Assembly (NCBI RefSeq): GCF_009914755.1
Contig: NC_060945.1
Direction: 5' to 3' (one strand)
Length of the DNA: 64,000 nucleotides
Source: the human T2T-CHM13v2.0 reference genome, Homo sapiens
The position numbers and the translations under genes are program-made. Of this stretch, positions 11,962 through 25,649 are shown in pieces. The notes below the pieces were generated by a model. That model was not told where the DNA came from. It did no database searches and saw only the letters and a list, made by a program, of their open reading frames with translations. Within the stretch, counting starts at the first letter, position 1. Every line of letters starts with the position of its first letter.

Positions 11962-12067
11962 GCAGTAAGAAATATAACTCCTGAATTTTATTTCTGTGAA
12001 GATGGAGATGGATGCAGTAAGAAATATAACTGCTGAATTTTATTTCTGTGAAGATGGAGATGGATGC
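11962..12067. repeat. Tandem duplication, 2 x 52 bp, one mismatch
   Basis: gcagtaagaaatataact[c/g]ctgaattttatttctgtgaagatggagatggat starts at 11962 and again at 12014. Confidence 0.97.
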
Positions 12068-13007
12068 TTTATGTATTATTAGGACTAAAATGCTAGATTT
12101 TGAAGCATGTGACACCACTTAAAACTAAAATATTCTAACAAACTACAAACTCCCAATAAATTGGGAGTTGAGTATATTCTAAGCACTATCTTTGTGTGCA
12201 GGTTTTTATTTAATTCTTAAAATATCTCCATATCCTTGGTATTATTATCACAATGTCTAAATGAAAAGAAAGAAAGAAGGGAAGGATAAAAAATGAGGGA
12301 AGGGATAGGCTTAACAGCATACAAAAGAATCATGGCATAATTGCAATATAATTCGTTACATGAATTAAAAATGCATATTAATTATTCCTGGTTGTATGTT
12401 GCCTAAAATATCACTGTTAACTGTAATACACAATGTAAGCAAATGCATATGTCTATGTTTTTTAAGAATTATAGTGAACATTCTCATGTAAACTCCAACA
12501 TTAATTGGAAAATCCTATTTTTTAATAAAAATAGGTTTTATTCTTGTATGATGTAAATTATAAGTACTTTTTTTCTCTACCATTACTTTCCTCAATACTA
12601 ACCTCATTTCAACAAATACCTGTATTTTCCTTCCCTTTCATCAGTTACATATTTCAACTATAGACAGCTAGAGTATATAATGAACAAATATAAATCAGTT
12701 TATGCTTGAACTGAGACACTTTGTATGATAAGAAGCAATTTTGTTTTCATTTCATTAAAATAATATAGATAATAATCAATATAAACAAGCTTGGTCAGTA
12801 CTGAAATATCCTTCCATGTCACTCACTTAGGTTTGCTCAGTCACAGTGATCTTTCCAAACTTTAAATCAAAGATTATCTTTTATGCATCACCACTGTCAC
12901 AGGTATGCATGTACTTAATTCTTAAATCTCCATACTGTAACCTAGTATTATTTTACAACCAATTTATGTTTGATAGTCTGACTTAAAAAAAAATTATAAC
13001 CATGTGT

Positions 13008-15081
13008 CAACATTGGGAATTACAACTGAATATGAGATGAGATTTTGATGGGAACAAAAATCCAAACCATACCATTCCACCCCAGCCATTCCCAAATCTC
13101 ATGTCCTCTTCACATTTCAAAATACAGTCATGTCTTCCCAACATTCCCCCTAAGTCTTAGCTTATTTTAGCATTAACTGAAAAGTCCACAGTCGAAAGTC
13201 TAATCTGACACAAGGCAAGTCCCTTCTGCCTATGAGCCTGTGAAACCAAAAACAAGTTAGTTACCTGGAGGTATAGTCATTGGGTAAATACTTCTCTTCA
13301 AAAAGGAGAAATTGGCCAAAAGAAAGGGGCTACAAGCCCCATGCAAGTCCAAAACTCAAAAGGGCAGTCATTAAACCTCAAAGCTCAATAATCTCCTTTG
13401 ATTTTATGTCTCACAGCCAGGGCACCCTGGTGCAAGAGGCAGGTTCCCAAGGTCTTAGACAGCAGAGCTCTATGGCTTTGTAGGGTTATGTCTCCTGCAG
13501 CTGCTTTCATAGGCTGGCATTGAGTGCCTGCAGCTTTTCCAGGCTCAGAATACAAGTTACCAGTGGATCTACATTTCCGGGGTCTGGAGGACTTAGCTCT
13601 CTTCTCACAGCTCCACAAGGCTGTTCCAAAGTGGGGATTCTATGTGGGGGCTCTAACTCCACATTTCCCCTCAGCAGTGCCTTACTAGGGGATTTCCATG
13701 AGGGTTCTGCCCCACAGAGGCTTCTGTTTGGACATCCAGTGTTTTCCATAGATCATCTGAAATCTAAACAAAGGCCCCCAAGCCTTAACTCTTCCATTTT
13801 GCACACCTGCAGACTTACCCTGACATAGAAGCCACCAAGGCTTACAGCTTGCACCCTCCAAAGCAGTGACCCAAGCTGTACCTGGACCCCTTTTAGCCAC
13901 AGCAGGAGCTAGAGTGGCTGGAATTCAGGGAGCATTTTATGCAGTTGCACAGGGCAGCAGGACCCTGGGCCTGGCCCAGCAAACCATTCAGTCCTCCTAG
14001 GCCTCCAGGTATGTGATGAGAGGGGCTGCTGCAAAGGTCTCTGAAATGCCTTCAAGGCCTTCTCCCCATTGTCTCATCTTGGCTAACAGCACTTGCCTTC
14101 CTTTCAGTTATGTAAATTTCTGCAGCCAGTTTGCATTGCTCCCCTGAAAATGGACTTTTCTTTTCTACCACATGGCCAGGCTGCAAATTTTCCAAACTTT
14201 TATACTCTGCTTCCCTTTTAAATATAAGTACTAGTTTCAGGTCATTGCTTATGCTTATGAAACAGGTTGCTAGAAGCAGCCAGGCCACATCTTGAAATCT
14301 TTTAGAAGTTTCTTCCACCAGATACCCTGAATCATCACTCTCAAGTTCAAAGTTTCACAAATCCCTAGAGCAGGGGCATAATGCAGTCAAGTTCTTTGCT
14401 AAGACATAGCAAAAGTGACCTTTACTTTAGTTCCAATAAGTTACTCATTTCCATCTGAGACCTCCTCAGCTTGACCACCTCTGTCCATATCATTATCAGC
14501 ATTTTAGTCACAACCATTCAACAAGATTTTTAGGAAGTTCCAAACCTTCCCTCATCTTCCTGTATTCTTCTGAGCCCTCCACACTCTTCCAACCTCTGCC
14601 TGTTACCCAGTTCTAAAGCTGCTTCCACATTTTCAGGTATCTTTATAGCAATGCCCACTTCTCTGTACCAATTTTCTGTATTAGTCCATTCTTGCATTGC
14701 TATAAGGAAATACCTGACACTGAGAGGTTTAATTGGTTCATGGTTCCGTATGGCTGTACAGAAAGCATGATGCTGGCATCTACTCCTCTTCTGGGGAGAT
14801 CTTAAACAACTTATAATCATGATGGAAAGCAAAGTGGAAGCAAGATGTCTCATACAGTATGAGCAAGAGAAAGAGAGAGGGGGTGGAGATGCCACACACT
14901 TTTAAACAACCAGATTTCATGATAACTCTATCATGAGCACAGCACCAAAAGGATGGTGCCAAATCATTCATGAAGGATCCACCCTCATGATTCAATCACC
15001 TCCCACCAGACCCCACCTCCAACATTTAGGATTACAATTTAACATGAGATTTGGAAGGGGCAACAGATCCAAACCATATCA
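13008..15081 (-). mobile_element. MSTA MaLR element: 5' LTR 14677-15081, int region 13075-14676, truncated 3' LTR 13008-13074
   Basis: Reverse-strand LTR termini ccaaaccatatca and tgtattagtcc; the internal region is homologous to 4170-5113 and 62848-64000. Confidence 0.9.
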
Positions 15082-15160
15082 CCATATTACAAATACCTTG
15101 AAAACAATACATATTCAATAAGTATTTGTTATTGAATTTCCAAGTATTTTGCTTAGAGAG

Positions 15161-15545
15161 TGTATTCATTCTTGCATTGCTATAAATTACTTGATAATTA
15201 CTGGGTAATTTATAAAGGAAAAAGGTCTAACTGGCTCAAAGTTCCACAGGCTGTACAGAAAGCATGGCCGGGGAGGCCTCAGGAAACTTACAATCATGGT
15301 GTGAAGAGGAAGGAAGCACATCTTAGGTGGTGAGAGCAGGAGAAAGAGAGTGAAGGGGGAGGTGCTACACACTTTTAAACAACCAGATCTCATGAGAACT
15401 CTATCACAAGACAGCACTAGGAGGATGGTGCTAAATCTTTAAAAACTACACCATGATCCAATCACCTCCCACCGGGCCCCACCTCCAACACTGAGGATTA
15501 CAATTTAACATGAGATTTCGGTGGGAACAGAGCCAAACCATTTCA
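15161..15545 (-). mobile_element. MSTA-type solo LTR with a perfect 5-bp TSD (GAGAG)
   Basis: gagag (15156-15160) | tgtattc...ccaaaccatttca | gagag (15546-15550). Confidence 0.9.
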
Positions 15546-17604
15546 GAGAGGAAACGAACACCACTCACCCGCCACTGTTGCTACTTCTACTTGCTTTTTA
15601 TTTTATGAAACTAGAGGAATATTTCAGCCTCTAATTGAACTGAGACATCCCAAAGAATATCAGAAGTATAATAATAAAAATTTTGAAATACTCCTAAGTT
15701 TCTTATGTTGTATATGCAAATTACTATTCCTTTTGGATTTAATTCTATCATATAATTTATTTATTGCACTACCCCATTACCTTCCAATGGGCTAATCAGA
15801 TGATTTGGCACTTCTTACATGTAAACTCAGTATTTCTTTGTAAACAAAGCCAACAAAACATATAGTGTATTAGAAACCCCTGATGTAAATGTTTTCATTG
15901 ACATTCTTTTTTTTATTTTTATTTATTTCCATTTTATTTTGGTATCAGAGTCAAGTTTTTCTCCTACTCTTAGATCCAGTCAGGCTTCCATTGCATAAAC
16001 AGGCCCTAAGCAGTGTGAATTCATTAGTTTTTTTTTTTAAACTATAAATAGGTATCTTTCTCTCTTATGTTAACTTCTAAAATATTTTAATAGTTCTATT
16101 CATATGCTATAGGTACATTATTGTTACATAATTTGATGAATTGGATTTTCTATCTCTGTGTTTCTTATTTCATAGTTGTAAATGCCAAATAGTTTTTTAT
16201 TTATACCAGAGGACTGCACATTTTGCTGTGCTGACATATATCTCTTTTGGATTACAAATATATTTGAGCATGACTCACTGAGGAGCAAGAGCAACTTATA
16301 GAAGGAAGACAAAACAAAGCAGAGTATATGGTGATATCAAGGAAAGCATATGAAACATAAAGATTCACCAAAGTAATCAGAAGAGAAAAGAGGAGAGATA
16401 CTAGAAGGCTATGTACACAAGGAAAAGACAAAGAGGAAGGTTACCCTAAGGGAAAGGAAGAACGATAAAAGTTGGAGAAATTATATATTTATGTAAGATC
16501 TCCAAAAAGGACTCTTAATGTTTCTGCTAATAACCAACATTTATTACATATCATCCAAATTCAACTCAAATTTACATGATCCCATTTAAAACAGATCTTC
16601 AATAATGAATAAGTGAGTTTCAATATAATTAACTCAAGAGCTTTAAGTTAAGAAGTTTTTATGTATCTTCTGCTGATTGACACGTCTCATGAAAATAATG
16701 AATGTGTACCAGGAATGCCTCATAAGTCTGTTGATTTTTTTTAAACTCAAGGTGTCATCAGAGTAAAGTTTAGTTTTTTTTTTTTAAGAAGTAGTTTGAC
16801 TCTAGATAATCTTTTATTTTTTGTTTGTAATAGTCTAAAAGCAGAACAGACCACCTTGAGCCAACTGTGAGCCACAAGGGACCTATCAGAATCTATTAGT
16901 AGCAATCACTATTTCAAATTTGAGAAGAGTGATCAGTTTTTACATTTTAAGTGCATATAATTTATATGTCAAGAGATGAATTGAAAGAGAATATTCTTTA
17001 TCCACTATAAAATAAATAAAATAAGGGAATGTGGGTTAGTGTGTTCTTTATAAAAGCTAAACATTTAAATTAACCTTTCCATTTCAAATAAGACTAATGT
17101 TTGAAAGCTTGCATTTTTAATGATGCTACCAAAAATGTAATAGCGTCTCAGCTACATCACACCTAGCGCATTTAATTTCAGCCAATCTCATTATGGATGG
17201 ATAGAGGTAAGAGGTTTATGGAAGTGACTGCCTGAATCGGCCTTAAAGAAACAAAATGCAAATTTACACAAGTAAAATCTCAGCACACATATATGGAAAA
17301 ATGCAACTCTAAAACTCGGTACCTGAATTTAATGCCAACATGATTGCCAACTCTTCCTGGTATTTTTAAAAGGATCGATGTTAGGTCCATGTAAAAAAAA
17401 AAATAGTCAAATAAGGGTTTTCTCAGTCAACTTAGCATTTCCTCGTCCCTTCCTACGGTAGGTAACAATTGTGAAAAAGCACATGCATAGTCAATACATA
17501 AACAGAAAATCATCATTTCACTCTATGTTTATATACAGAGACATACATGGTGGGGACATCATGTAATCCGGTTCTAACATTGTCATTTAAATCGCGTAAC
17601 ATTA

Positions 17605-17657
17605 ATCGCTTCTCGGCCTTTTGGCTAAGACCGAACGTAGTATCTGTTCTTATCCGT
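17605..17657 (+). pseudogene. 3'-truncated U2 snRNA retropseudogene (U2 nt 1-53)
   Basis: atcgcttctcggccttttggctaagaccgaacgtagtatctgttcttatccgt matches the U2 5' end at 48/53 and keeps the branch-site recognition sequence GTAGTA. Degenerate 15-bp TSD: aaatcgcgtaacatt / gaatccagtagcatt. Confidence 0.93.
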
Positions 17658-17885
17658 GAATCCAGTAGCATTCACTGAGACATTTGGCTCAGATCTGACA
17701 TCTTATGGTCAATCTTCTATTTGCTACAGCAATTTTCCTACTCAAACTATGAGGTCTCTTCAAATCCCACTCTTTGCCTATGTCTCCCTAACTTAGGGAT
17801 CTTTTGATTTCAGGTAACAGAATAATTATTAAAAAGAGAGTTAAAGAAGAGAGGTTTACTTTTACGTTTAATAATAAGTTCAGGA

Positions 17886-18180
<295 letters not shown>

Positions 18181-18479
18181 GTAGTATAGGAGCAACTCGT
18201 TCTACAATTAACTCATTAAAATGACAATGTCAAGGCTCTGGGTGACTTCACTGTTCTGGTCGTCTCCTTGTGTCTACGAGTTGGATGTTATAGTTTCAAA
18301 TATTATCTAATCTCATAATGATAGGACCTGAAGAGCCTCTACCGTGAGGACATGATTAAGACACAATAAGTTATGTTTAATAAGTATCCCATAGTCTTTT
18401 ATCTATTATACACCACTACAGATGTATTATTTTACCTATTTCTCTAAAACATGAAATTACTTATTAGGAAAATGTAAAA

Positions 18480-19238
18480 GTAAAAATCACACAGAAAGAC
18501 CTCATAAGTCCTATGAAAATGGCCAAAGTTGGAAATACAGACCTTGAAAAAAATGAACACAGATATATGCAAAAAGTGGGGGAGAGAACACTCATACTTA
18601 AAGGCTTATAGAATAAATGTTTTTCATAGTAGCCCAAATGACATAACCCAAATATCCATCCATCAACAGGACGAGACAAAGGATAAATTGAGTTATATAC
18701 AAATACATTTGTGCACATGTACCCTAAAACTTAAAGTATAATAAAAAATAAAATAAAATAAAAAATAAAATTGAGACTTACCATTTGAAAAAAAAAAAGG
18801 AATTAGAGGACAAGTCTATTCCAAATATACTAAGTAACATTTATGAAAATCTTATGTAACCCAATTCTGAGCAATGTATGATTCCCTTTTCTCTTTCGTA
18901 AAACTAAATGAAAGCTAAAAAAAAAAATACATTGGAATACTACTGAATCATCAAAGGCGGGGAAACACTACTTACTTACTTTATTTCCAACAACCTGGGT
19001 GATTCTAAACAACATCTGAGCAAAAATTGCTAGAGGCAAAAAAAAAAAAATACATGCTGCATGATTTTATCCATGGGAAGTAAAAAGGTAGGATTGAAAA
19101 ACAAATAATACTTGGTTAGGGGATTGTGAAAGTAAAGATTGACTGGGAAAAGGCGTAAGAGGTCTTTCCATCTGAGATGATCTAACTCATATATCTGATA
19201 CCAGGGTGGGTCATTCAGGTATGTGCAAATATAAAAAA
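18480..19238 (+). mobile_element. Old L1ME-like 3' region, host of the young insertion at 18710-18927
   Basis: aacccaaatatccatc...ataaattgagttatatacaaataca | ttggaatactac...acaacctgggtgattct is contiguous L1M 3' sequence once the insert is removed. Confidence 0.65.
18710..18927 (+). mobile_element. Severely 5'-truncated young L1PA insertion carrying 3'-transduced unique DNA
   Basis: tgtgcacatgtaccctaaaacttaaagtataataa + A-rich tail + unique DNA + A11, flanked by the TSD aaatacatt (18701-18709 and 18925-18933). Confidence 0.82.
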
Positions 19239-19347
19239 GTGATGTCTCACTATGTTGCCCAGGCTGACCTTGAACACTTAGGCTCAAGCAATCCTCCTGC
19301 CTCAGCCCCCCAAGTAGCTGGGATTACAGGCATGACCCTACCTGGCT
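19239..19347 (-). mobile_element. FLAM / Alu monomer
   Basis: gtctcactatgttgcccaggctg...ctcaagcaatcctcctgcctcagcc...ggattacaggcatga. Confidence 0.8.
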
Positions 19348-20912
19348 GTAAATTTCACCCTAACTACGGTAATGTAAATATACATACACACACAGACACA
19401 CACACACGCACTCATATAGCTACAGAACTGTAATTTTCCTAAAGATATTCTATGCATTTTTTTGACATTAGACATACGTTGGTTGAGGTAGGCTGTAAAC
19501 AATATCTTGTGTTACCTAAAGTAAAACAGGGAGTTTCAATATGAGTCAAAAAAAAAAAAGTTAAGGGCTATACAAAAGTTTTTCCTGCAAACAAAATGGA
19601 AAATGTCTCTGAACTTCAGTGTTATTTCAGATCTGCTGCAGGATATGCAGAAAGCTTTCCGCCATCTTAGCTAATAACTAACAACTTATCATATCTAACA
19701 AAAGCTACCTGCCGTGGGTACAATTTGTTCATAAATATTTTTGATAATTCATGTTTTTATTCTATTAAATTGTATTCATTGGACATTTTGTCCTATTGTA
19801 ATTAACAGATATGAATATGTAATTAGGATAGGAAAACATTAGTGAGCAACCCATGATTAAACTTAAACAATCCACAATATAACGTGAAAAGTGACTGATT
19901 TTGATACCAGAATTGTCTTCCTATTATCAATCTGTATCATATTATAATTGCTTCATGTAACAAAATTTTAAAATAAAAATTGAGGTAACTTCAAAAATTA
20001 ATTCAACATTATATTAACAATATAGAAACTTGATTTATTTGTATAATACTTAGACATATTTTAGCAAAGGTTTATCTATGGTTGAGGGAGACACAGTATT
20101 TTTAGACAACTTTAGAAAACAAGAAAGTAATCCATTTATAATGATTCTCACTACTAAATCAAATGCTTATATTGTTCTACCTGTAAAGTATATACTGTCT
20201 CATTTTAACAACTTGCCTTTAATTTAATGAGCCTGTATACATTTAATTGAAAAGTACATAACATTTTTTCCATACACATAATAGTTTTTTAAAAAAGAAA
20301 GTCTAGATAAAATCCACTATGACTCAAATTCTTTCTCCCTCCTCATTGCAGTATTTTCACATTTGTTCTCTATTTTTCTTTCAGTTTCAAACAATTAATC
20401 CATATGAAGATTAAACATAGAAACATGATGAAAGATTATAGAGAGAAGCAAAATAACTTTAAAGACAATAAAATCAGATAATTTAATTAATGTACTTTAT
20501 TAAATATATGACTTGTTTTAAATTTACCTTCTCATTTTAAGAGAATAAAAATAAACATGTTCTCAAATTCTCCAAAAATATTTAATCCAAAATATTTTTC
20601 TCTGCTTCATTTATCAATGTACCTTAAACAAGCGTAACATTTATTTTATCAGTGTGTAGGAGTAGTTATCTATTGTCTAATGGTGTTATTAAAAAGATCC
20701 ATAATTTTCTTAGAAAAATCATCCACTAGGTGATATCCTTACATGTTCTTGTAACATTTTGTAAGATTTTAAACAAATATTTCATATAGAATTTATTATA
20801 CTATATTTATGTCACCTATTTACTTTTATATTTTTTCTACTAAATTACAAAGTTCCTAAATCTAGGAACTATAGCTCTTTCATTACTGTATTATCAATAA
20901 CATAGGTAATAA

Positions 20913-21619
20913 TGTAACTGCCCAACGGGTTCATTTTGCCCACTATCCAGACAGAAATTGCAGTGGAAAAAGAGTAATTCATGCAGAGCCAGCTGAACAA
21001 GAGGCCAGAGTTTTATTATGACTCAAATCAGTCTCCCTGAAAATTCAGAGTGGGGTTTTTAAGAATAATTTGGTGGGCAGGGGATCGGGAAGTGGGGAGT
21101 GCTGATTGGTTGGTTTGATTTATAGGGAGCCAAAGCTGATCTCTTGCATTGAGTCAGTCCTTTCCTGGACGGGGACCATGAGACCAGGTGAGCCAGTTTA
21201 TCGATCTTGGTGGTGCCAGCTTATCCATCAATTGCAGGGCCTGAAAAATATTTCCGGCACCAGTCTTAGGTTTTCCAACAGTGGTGTTTTCCCTAGGAGA
21301 TATTGGGGAAGTTTGCAATCTTGAGGTCTCTATCTTCATGACTCCTAAACCGTAATTTCTAATCTTGTGGCTAACTTGTTAGTCTTACAAAGGTAGTCTG
21401 ATCCTCAGGCAAGAAGGGGGATTGTTTCAGAAAGGGGATGGTATCATCTTTGTTTCAAAGTTAAACAATAAACTAAGTTCCTCTCAAAGTCAGTCTGGCA
21501 TACACCCAGGAATAAACAAGGACAGCTCGGAGGTTAGAAGCAAGATGGGGTTGGTTAGGTTAGATCTCTGTCACTGTCATAATTTTCTCACTGTTATAAC
21601 TTTTGCAAAGGCAGTTTCA
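20913..21619 (-). mobile_element. LTR8-family (ERV1) solo LTR
   Basis: The reverse strand begins tgaaactgcctttgcaaaag...tgacagtgacagagatc and ends ...gggcagttaca; approximate 4-bp TSD ataa/atag. Confidence 0.85.
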
Positions 21620-22339
21620 ATAGCCAATAAATCTTTGGTGATTAGGAAGTATCCTTTACTCAAAACATTTTCTAGTCACCAAAATTTTCTTTTTTTAACT
21701 TAATTTGGTAATCTTAGTTCAAATATTATCAATTTTTATTTGAGTTCACGTTTGCTAGTTTATAAAATAAATAACCTGAAAGTTTAAAGTACTGTCAGTT
21801 TTGTAGTGCTTTTCTTTCTTCTAACATACTTCTTTTTCTAACATCTTGAGGTAAATAAAAACAGAAGTAAAAATGGACATCTTTAATAAGTATATGGTGA
21901 TGGAGGAAAAAAAGGATCTTTTCAAATATGTATAAATTTGGGGAGAAGCGGCTTTTGTAAGGCTAATTTACTGAGTTAGAAAGTTGAGGGTACACAGTAA
22001 CTGGGGGAAACAGAAGTTTGTGATGGAGAAATAGGAGATTACCAAAGATGAACATCTTCTACTTGATATTTTTCCCAGGAAATGGGAGGCTGTTCTCATT
22101 TCCTTCTACCTCTTTTACTTCTTGACTGACTCACTACATATATATGTAGATTTGTTTCCTCATATCCATTTGTTTTTCATTTTTTACAATGAAGCTCAGT
22201 CCAAATTCTAGCTACTATACATGCTTTAATATTGTAAAAGAGGATACATAAATCTAAACTCCCACAAAGATTGTTAAAAGTATGCGTGTTTCAATACCAC
22301 ATTTTCAAATTTAATGTGGTATTTCTTTCAGGGCTTCCC

Positions 22340-22473
22340 TGAAACTGATTTTCATATCTGGCTGCTCATTCCTATAGCCTAGAGAGATTTTAAAATACAC
22401 AGAGTCACACATCTGTGTATATATTTAAAGCACTCCCGGTGATTCGAACGCATAGCTATAGAAGGAGCTACTG
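22340..22473. mobile_element. MER5-like hAT relic
   Basis: ctggctgctcatt...attttaaaataca...aaagcactcccggtgattc...ctactg. Confidence 0.45.
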
Positions 22474-22650
22474 CCGAATATTGACTAAAACAATTGATGC
22501 GCTTAGTGAACCTTCCATATATAACAGATAATGTCTTCAAAATCAGGCAAGAAAATGATGTGTTAGAATATTTTCCATATATAAGCTGAGATACAAGTGT
22601 TTACCATGTTTACCCAAAAAGAAGAGTAAAAATATCAATTTCCAAGATGA

Positions 22651-23009
<359 letters not shown>

Positions 23010-24857
23010 TTGCTTCCTCTTTTTTTAAAAAAGTTTACTTTTAAAATCAAAGATATTATATTTGCCCTCTTCCCTCTCTATTTTTTCTTCTGCCATAACA
23101 CAGCACAGGAGCTACCAGACCAACAATCTATTTTTACTTTTCTATTTGTAGAATCCTTTAAAAGAAAGCATGACCCATAAGAAAAGTGGTACTTAATGTG
23201 GCACAGCAATTCTTTTAATAAATGCAATACTTGTGTTCAGTAACTTAAATTTGAAAAATAAGTTTTATTTTGAAATGTCTTAAATAGGAAATTAATTTGT
23301 TAAGTTTAAGTTCCAAAAAAACAGAAATCAGTAAGAAAAAACTGCTTATAATAATGAATGCAACACTGAAATGCATGTATCTATCTATCTATATATACAC
23401 ACACACAAACACACATATATATATATTTAATTTAATATACACTTTTGTTTTCCACAGGGAAAAGGTGATTGATATCTCAGTTTGGCCTAGAAAGTTATTT
23501 TTTTATGTCCTATTCTGGGAAAAGACCAAGCCAGACCGGTTTACCTCAGAAATAGGTAATATATGTATCTTAGCGGAATATCTAAGATGACCTTAATTGG
23601 TGCTGGTTTGCAATGTGATTCGTGCTTCTTTATACATTATACAAAAATTGTTTAGTTTTCTAGGAAACATACTGTCTCAATAGTTTGATTTTATTTTCTA
23701 TAAAGAAATTATGAATTCCAGAAAATTTCAGGTTTTAAAGACATTTCTGAACTTAGGTTGAGACCACCTGCTTACCTCAGGAAATATTGACTTTTAGGAC
23801 AAACAGATTCACATAATCTATGAGCCACTGTTTCAGGAAGCTTCTGCTTCTCTGGCTTTCCATTTCCCTGTGGAGAGTCTTCATCTCAAGTAACACACCT
23901 GCCTCTCTCTTACCTCTCAGCCTCTGCTCTCTCTAGGAGGTGACCCGTGGTGAGCTTGAGAAGAAGAAAAAAATCTGAGCACATCTGGTTCTCTCCTCTA
24001 CTCTTTAAAATTTTATCTGGCTGAAAAAAGAATACATTCTGGTTTATCCTTTAAGATAATCTCATCAGGGCAGCTTCTCTTCCCTTGTATACGTGGGATA
24101 GTGTGGGTGGAAATTCATGTAATGAATGGGGCTCCGGAGGAGAGGTCTGAATTGTCTACCTATGCCAATAACAAGGTCAAATACATGTTTATTCTTGTGA
24201 TAAAATACTGTCAAGCTGTTTTGACTGAAATGTAAAACGATGTTTAAAATTAGTTTACATATAACTGAGCTAACATTTTGATCTCTATTTTCTAGTCCTG
24301 TCTCTAACCCTTGATTTGTTCTGAAATGTGGAAATGAACAGATAAATCTTATTTAATGGCCTTCCTGAGACCTTAACATTTTGGCACATTAACCATTGAA
24401 GTAGATGATAAGGAGTGAGATTTGGGGAACAGTTTTATATACAGAGATACAGGATCCTAGCCCATCACCGGAGGTGGTTCTGAACATATGCCTTATAGGT
24501 TTGAGCATGGTGAGTTATAGTTAGTTTCTACTACTTGCTGATGATTTTAATAATTGCTTGAATGGTTTTAATTGCAGGGAGGCAGTATCTGGATGAGCAA
24601 ATACCAACTGCTTTGGTAAGAATACACAAATCTGATTTAGACCACACCTAGTCATTTGTTACTCAAACAGATTCAACTATAAGGAAGAGAGAGTGTTTAT
24701 ATATCTAAGCCTCTAGGTATCTGTGGACTTAGTTTCTCAGCCAGGAGCTCAAAAACACGTTCCATTTTGGAGTTTCTTACAGTATGGGCAAGTGCATTCA
24801 AACAAGCAGCCCCCAAACTGCTTATTCTTTATATTAATTTGAACTGTTTCCGGGGCC

Positions 24858-25248
24858 TGTTTTGGGCTAAATGCTTATATCACCTCAAAATTTGTAGGTT
24901 GTAGCCCTACCCCCAGTGTGATGGTAATTAGGAGGTGGAATATTTGCACGGTGATTAGGTTATGAATGTGTGTGGTGGGGGTCATGGTGGAATTAGTGGC
25001 CTTATGAAAAGTGGAAAACACATCAGAGCCCACTCTCCCAACTTTCACTAAAGAAAGGTCATATGAGCATACAGTGAGAAGTCGGCCAACTGGAAGCCAG
25101 GAAGAGATACCTCACCAGAGCCTGACCATGTTGGCACACTGCACTTTGGATTTCCAGCCTCCAGAACTGCAGTGAGAAAATAAATATCTATTGTTTAAGA
25201 CACCTACTCTATGTCAGTTTGTTATAGTAGCACAAGGAGGCTAACACA
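24858..25248 (+). mobile_element. MLT1 (MLT1A/B-like) solo LTR with a perfect 5-bp TSD (GGGCC)
   Basis: tgttttgggctaaatg...ccagcctccagaactg...gctaacaca; gggcc at 24853-24857 and 25249-25253. Confidence 0.85.
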
Positions 25249-25649
25249 GGGCCAAAAGAAGGAACTGTGAATAAGCTAGCCTCCTGGGTCCATGTGACTT
25301 TTTGGTAGGCGACAGACTGTTCTCTAGTTAACTAACTACATAAACTCTGAATATGGCTTTAAGAAGCAGACATCAAAACTCTTTCATCACCCATGAAAGG
25401 GAAAGGTCACACATTTTATAAGCAGAAAAAAAAATTAAAGAAATAGAGCATGTGATATTATTTAGTTGAAGTACACAAATAACTTGTTGAAATTACTGTA
25501 AATTAAAGACTTAAACATTTTCAGACATATCTATAATAATGTGAAAATCAGTTTTGCTCAAGAAATTAAGAAAATCTTGGGGTAATTTGAATAAAAAAGT
25601 TGATTATTAAGGTCAAAAATGAAAGAAAGAAATAATAAAATTAAAATAA

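Noticed and set aside
17256-17263. Octamer ATGCAAAT upstream of the U2 copy as an snRNA distal element
   Set aside because: It is about 345 bp upstream with no recognisable PSE, the copy is a TSD-flanked retrocopy, and this 8-mer is common in AT-rich DNA.
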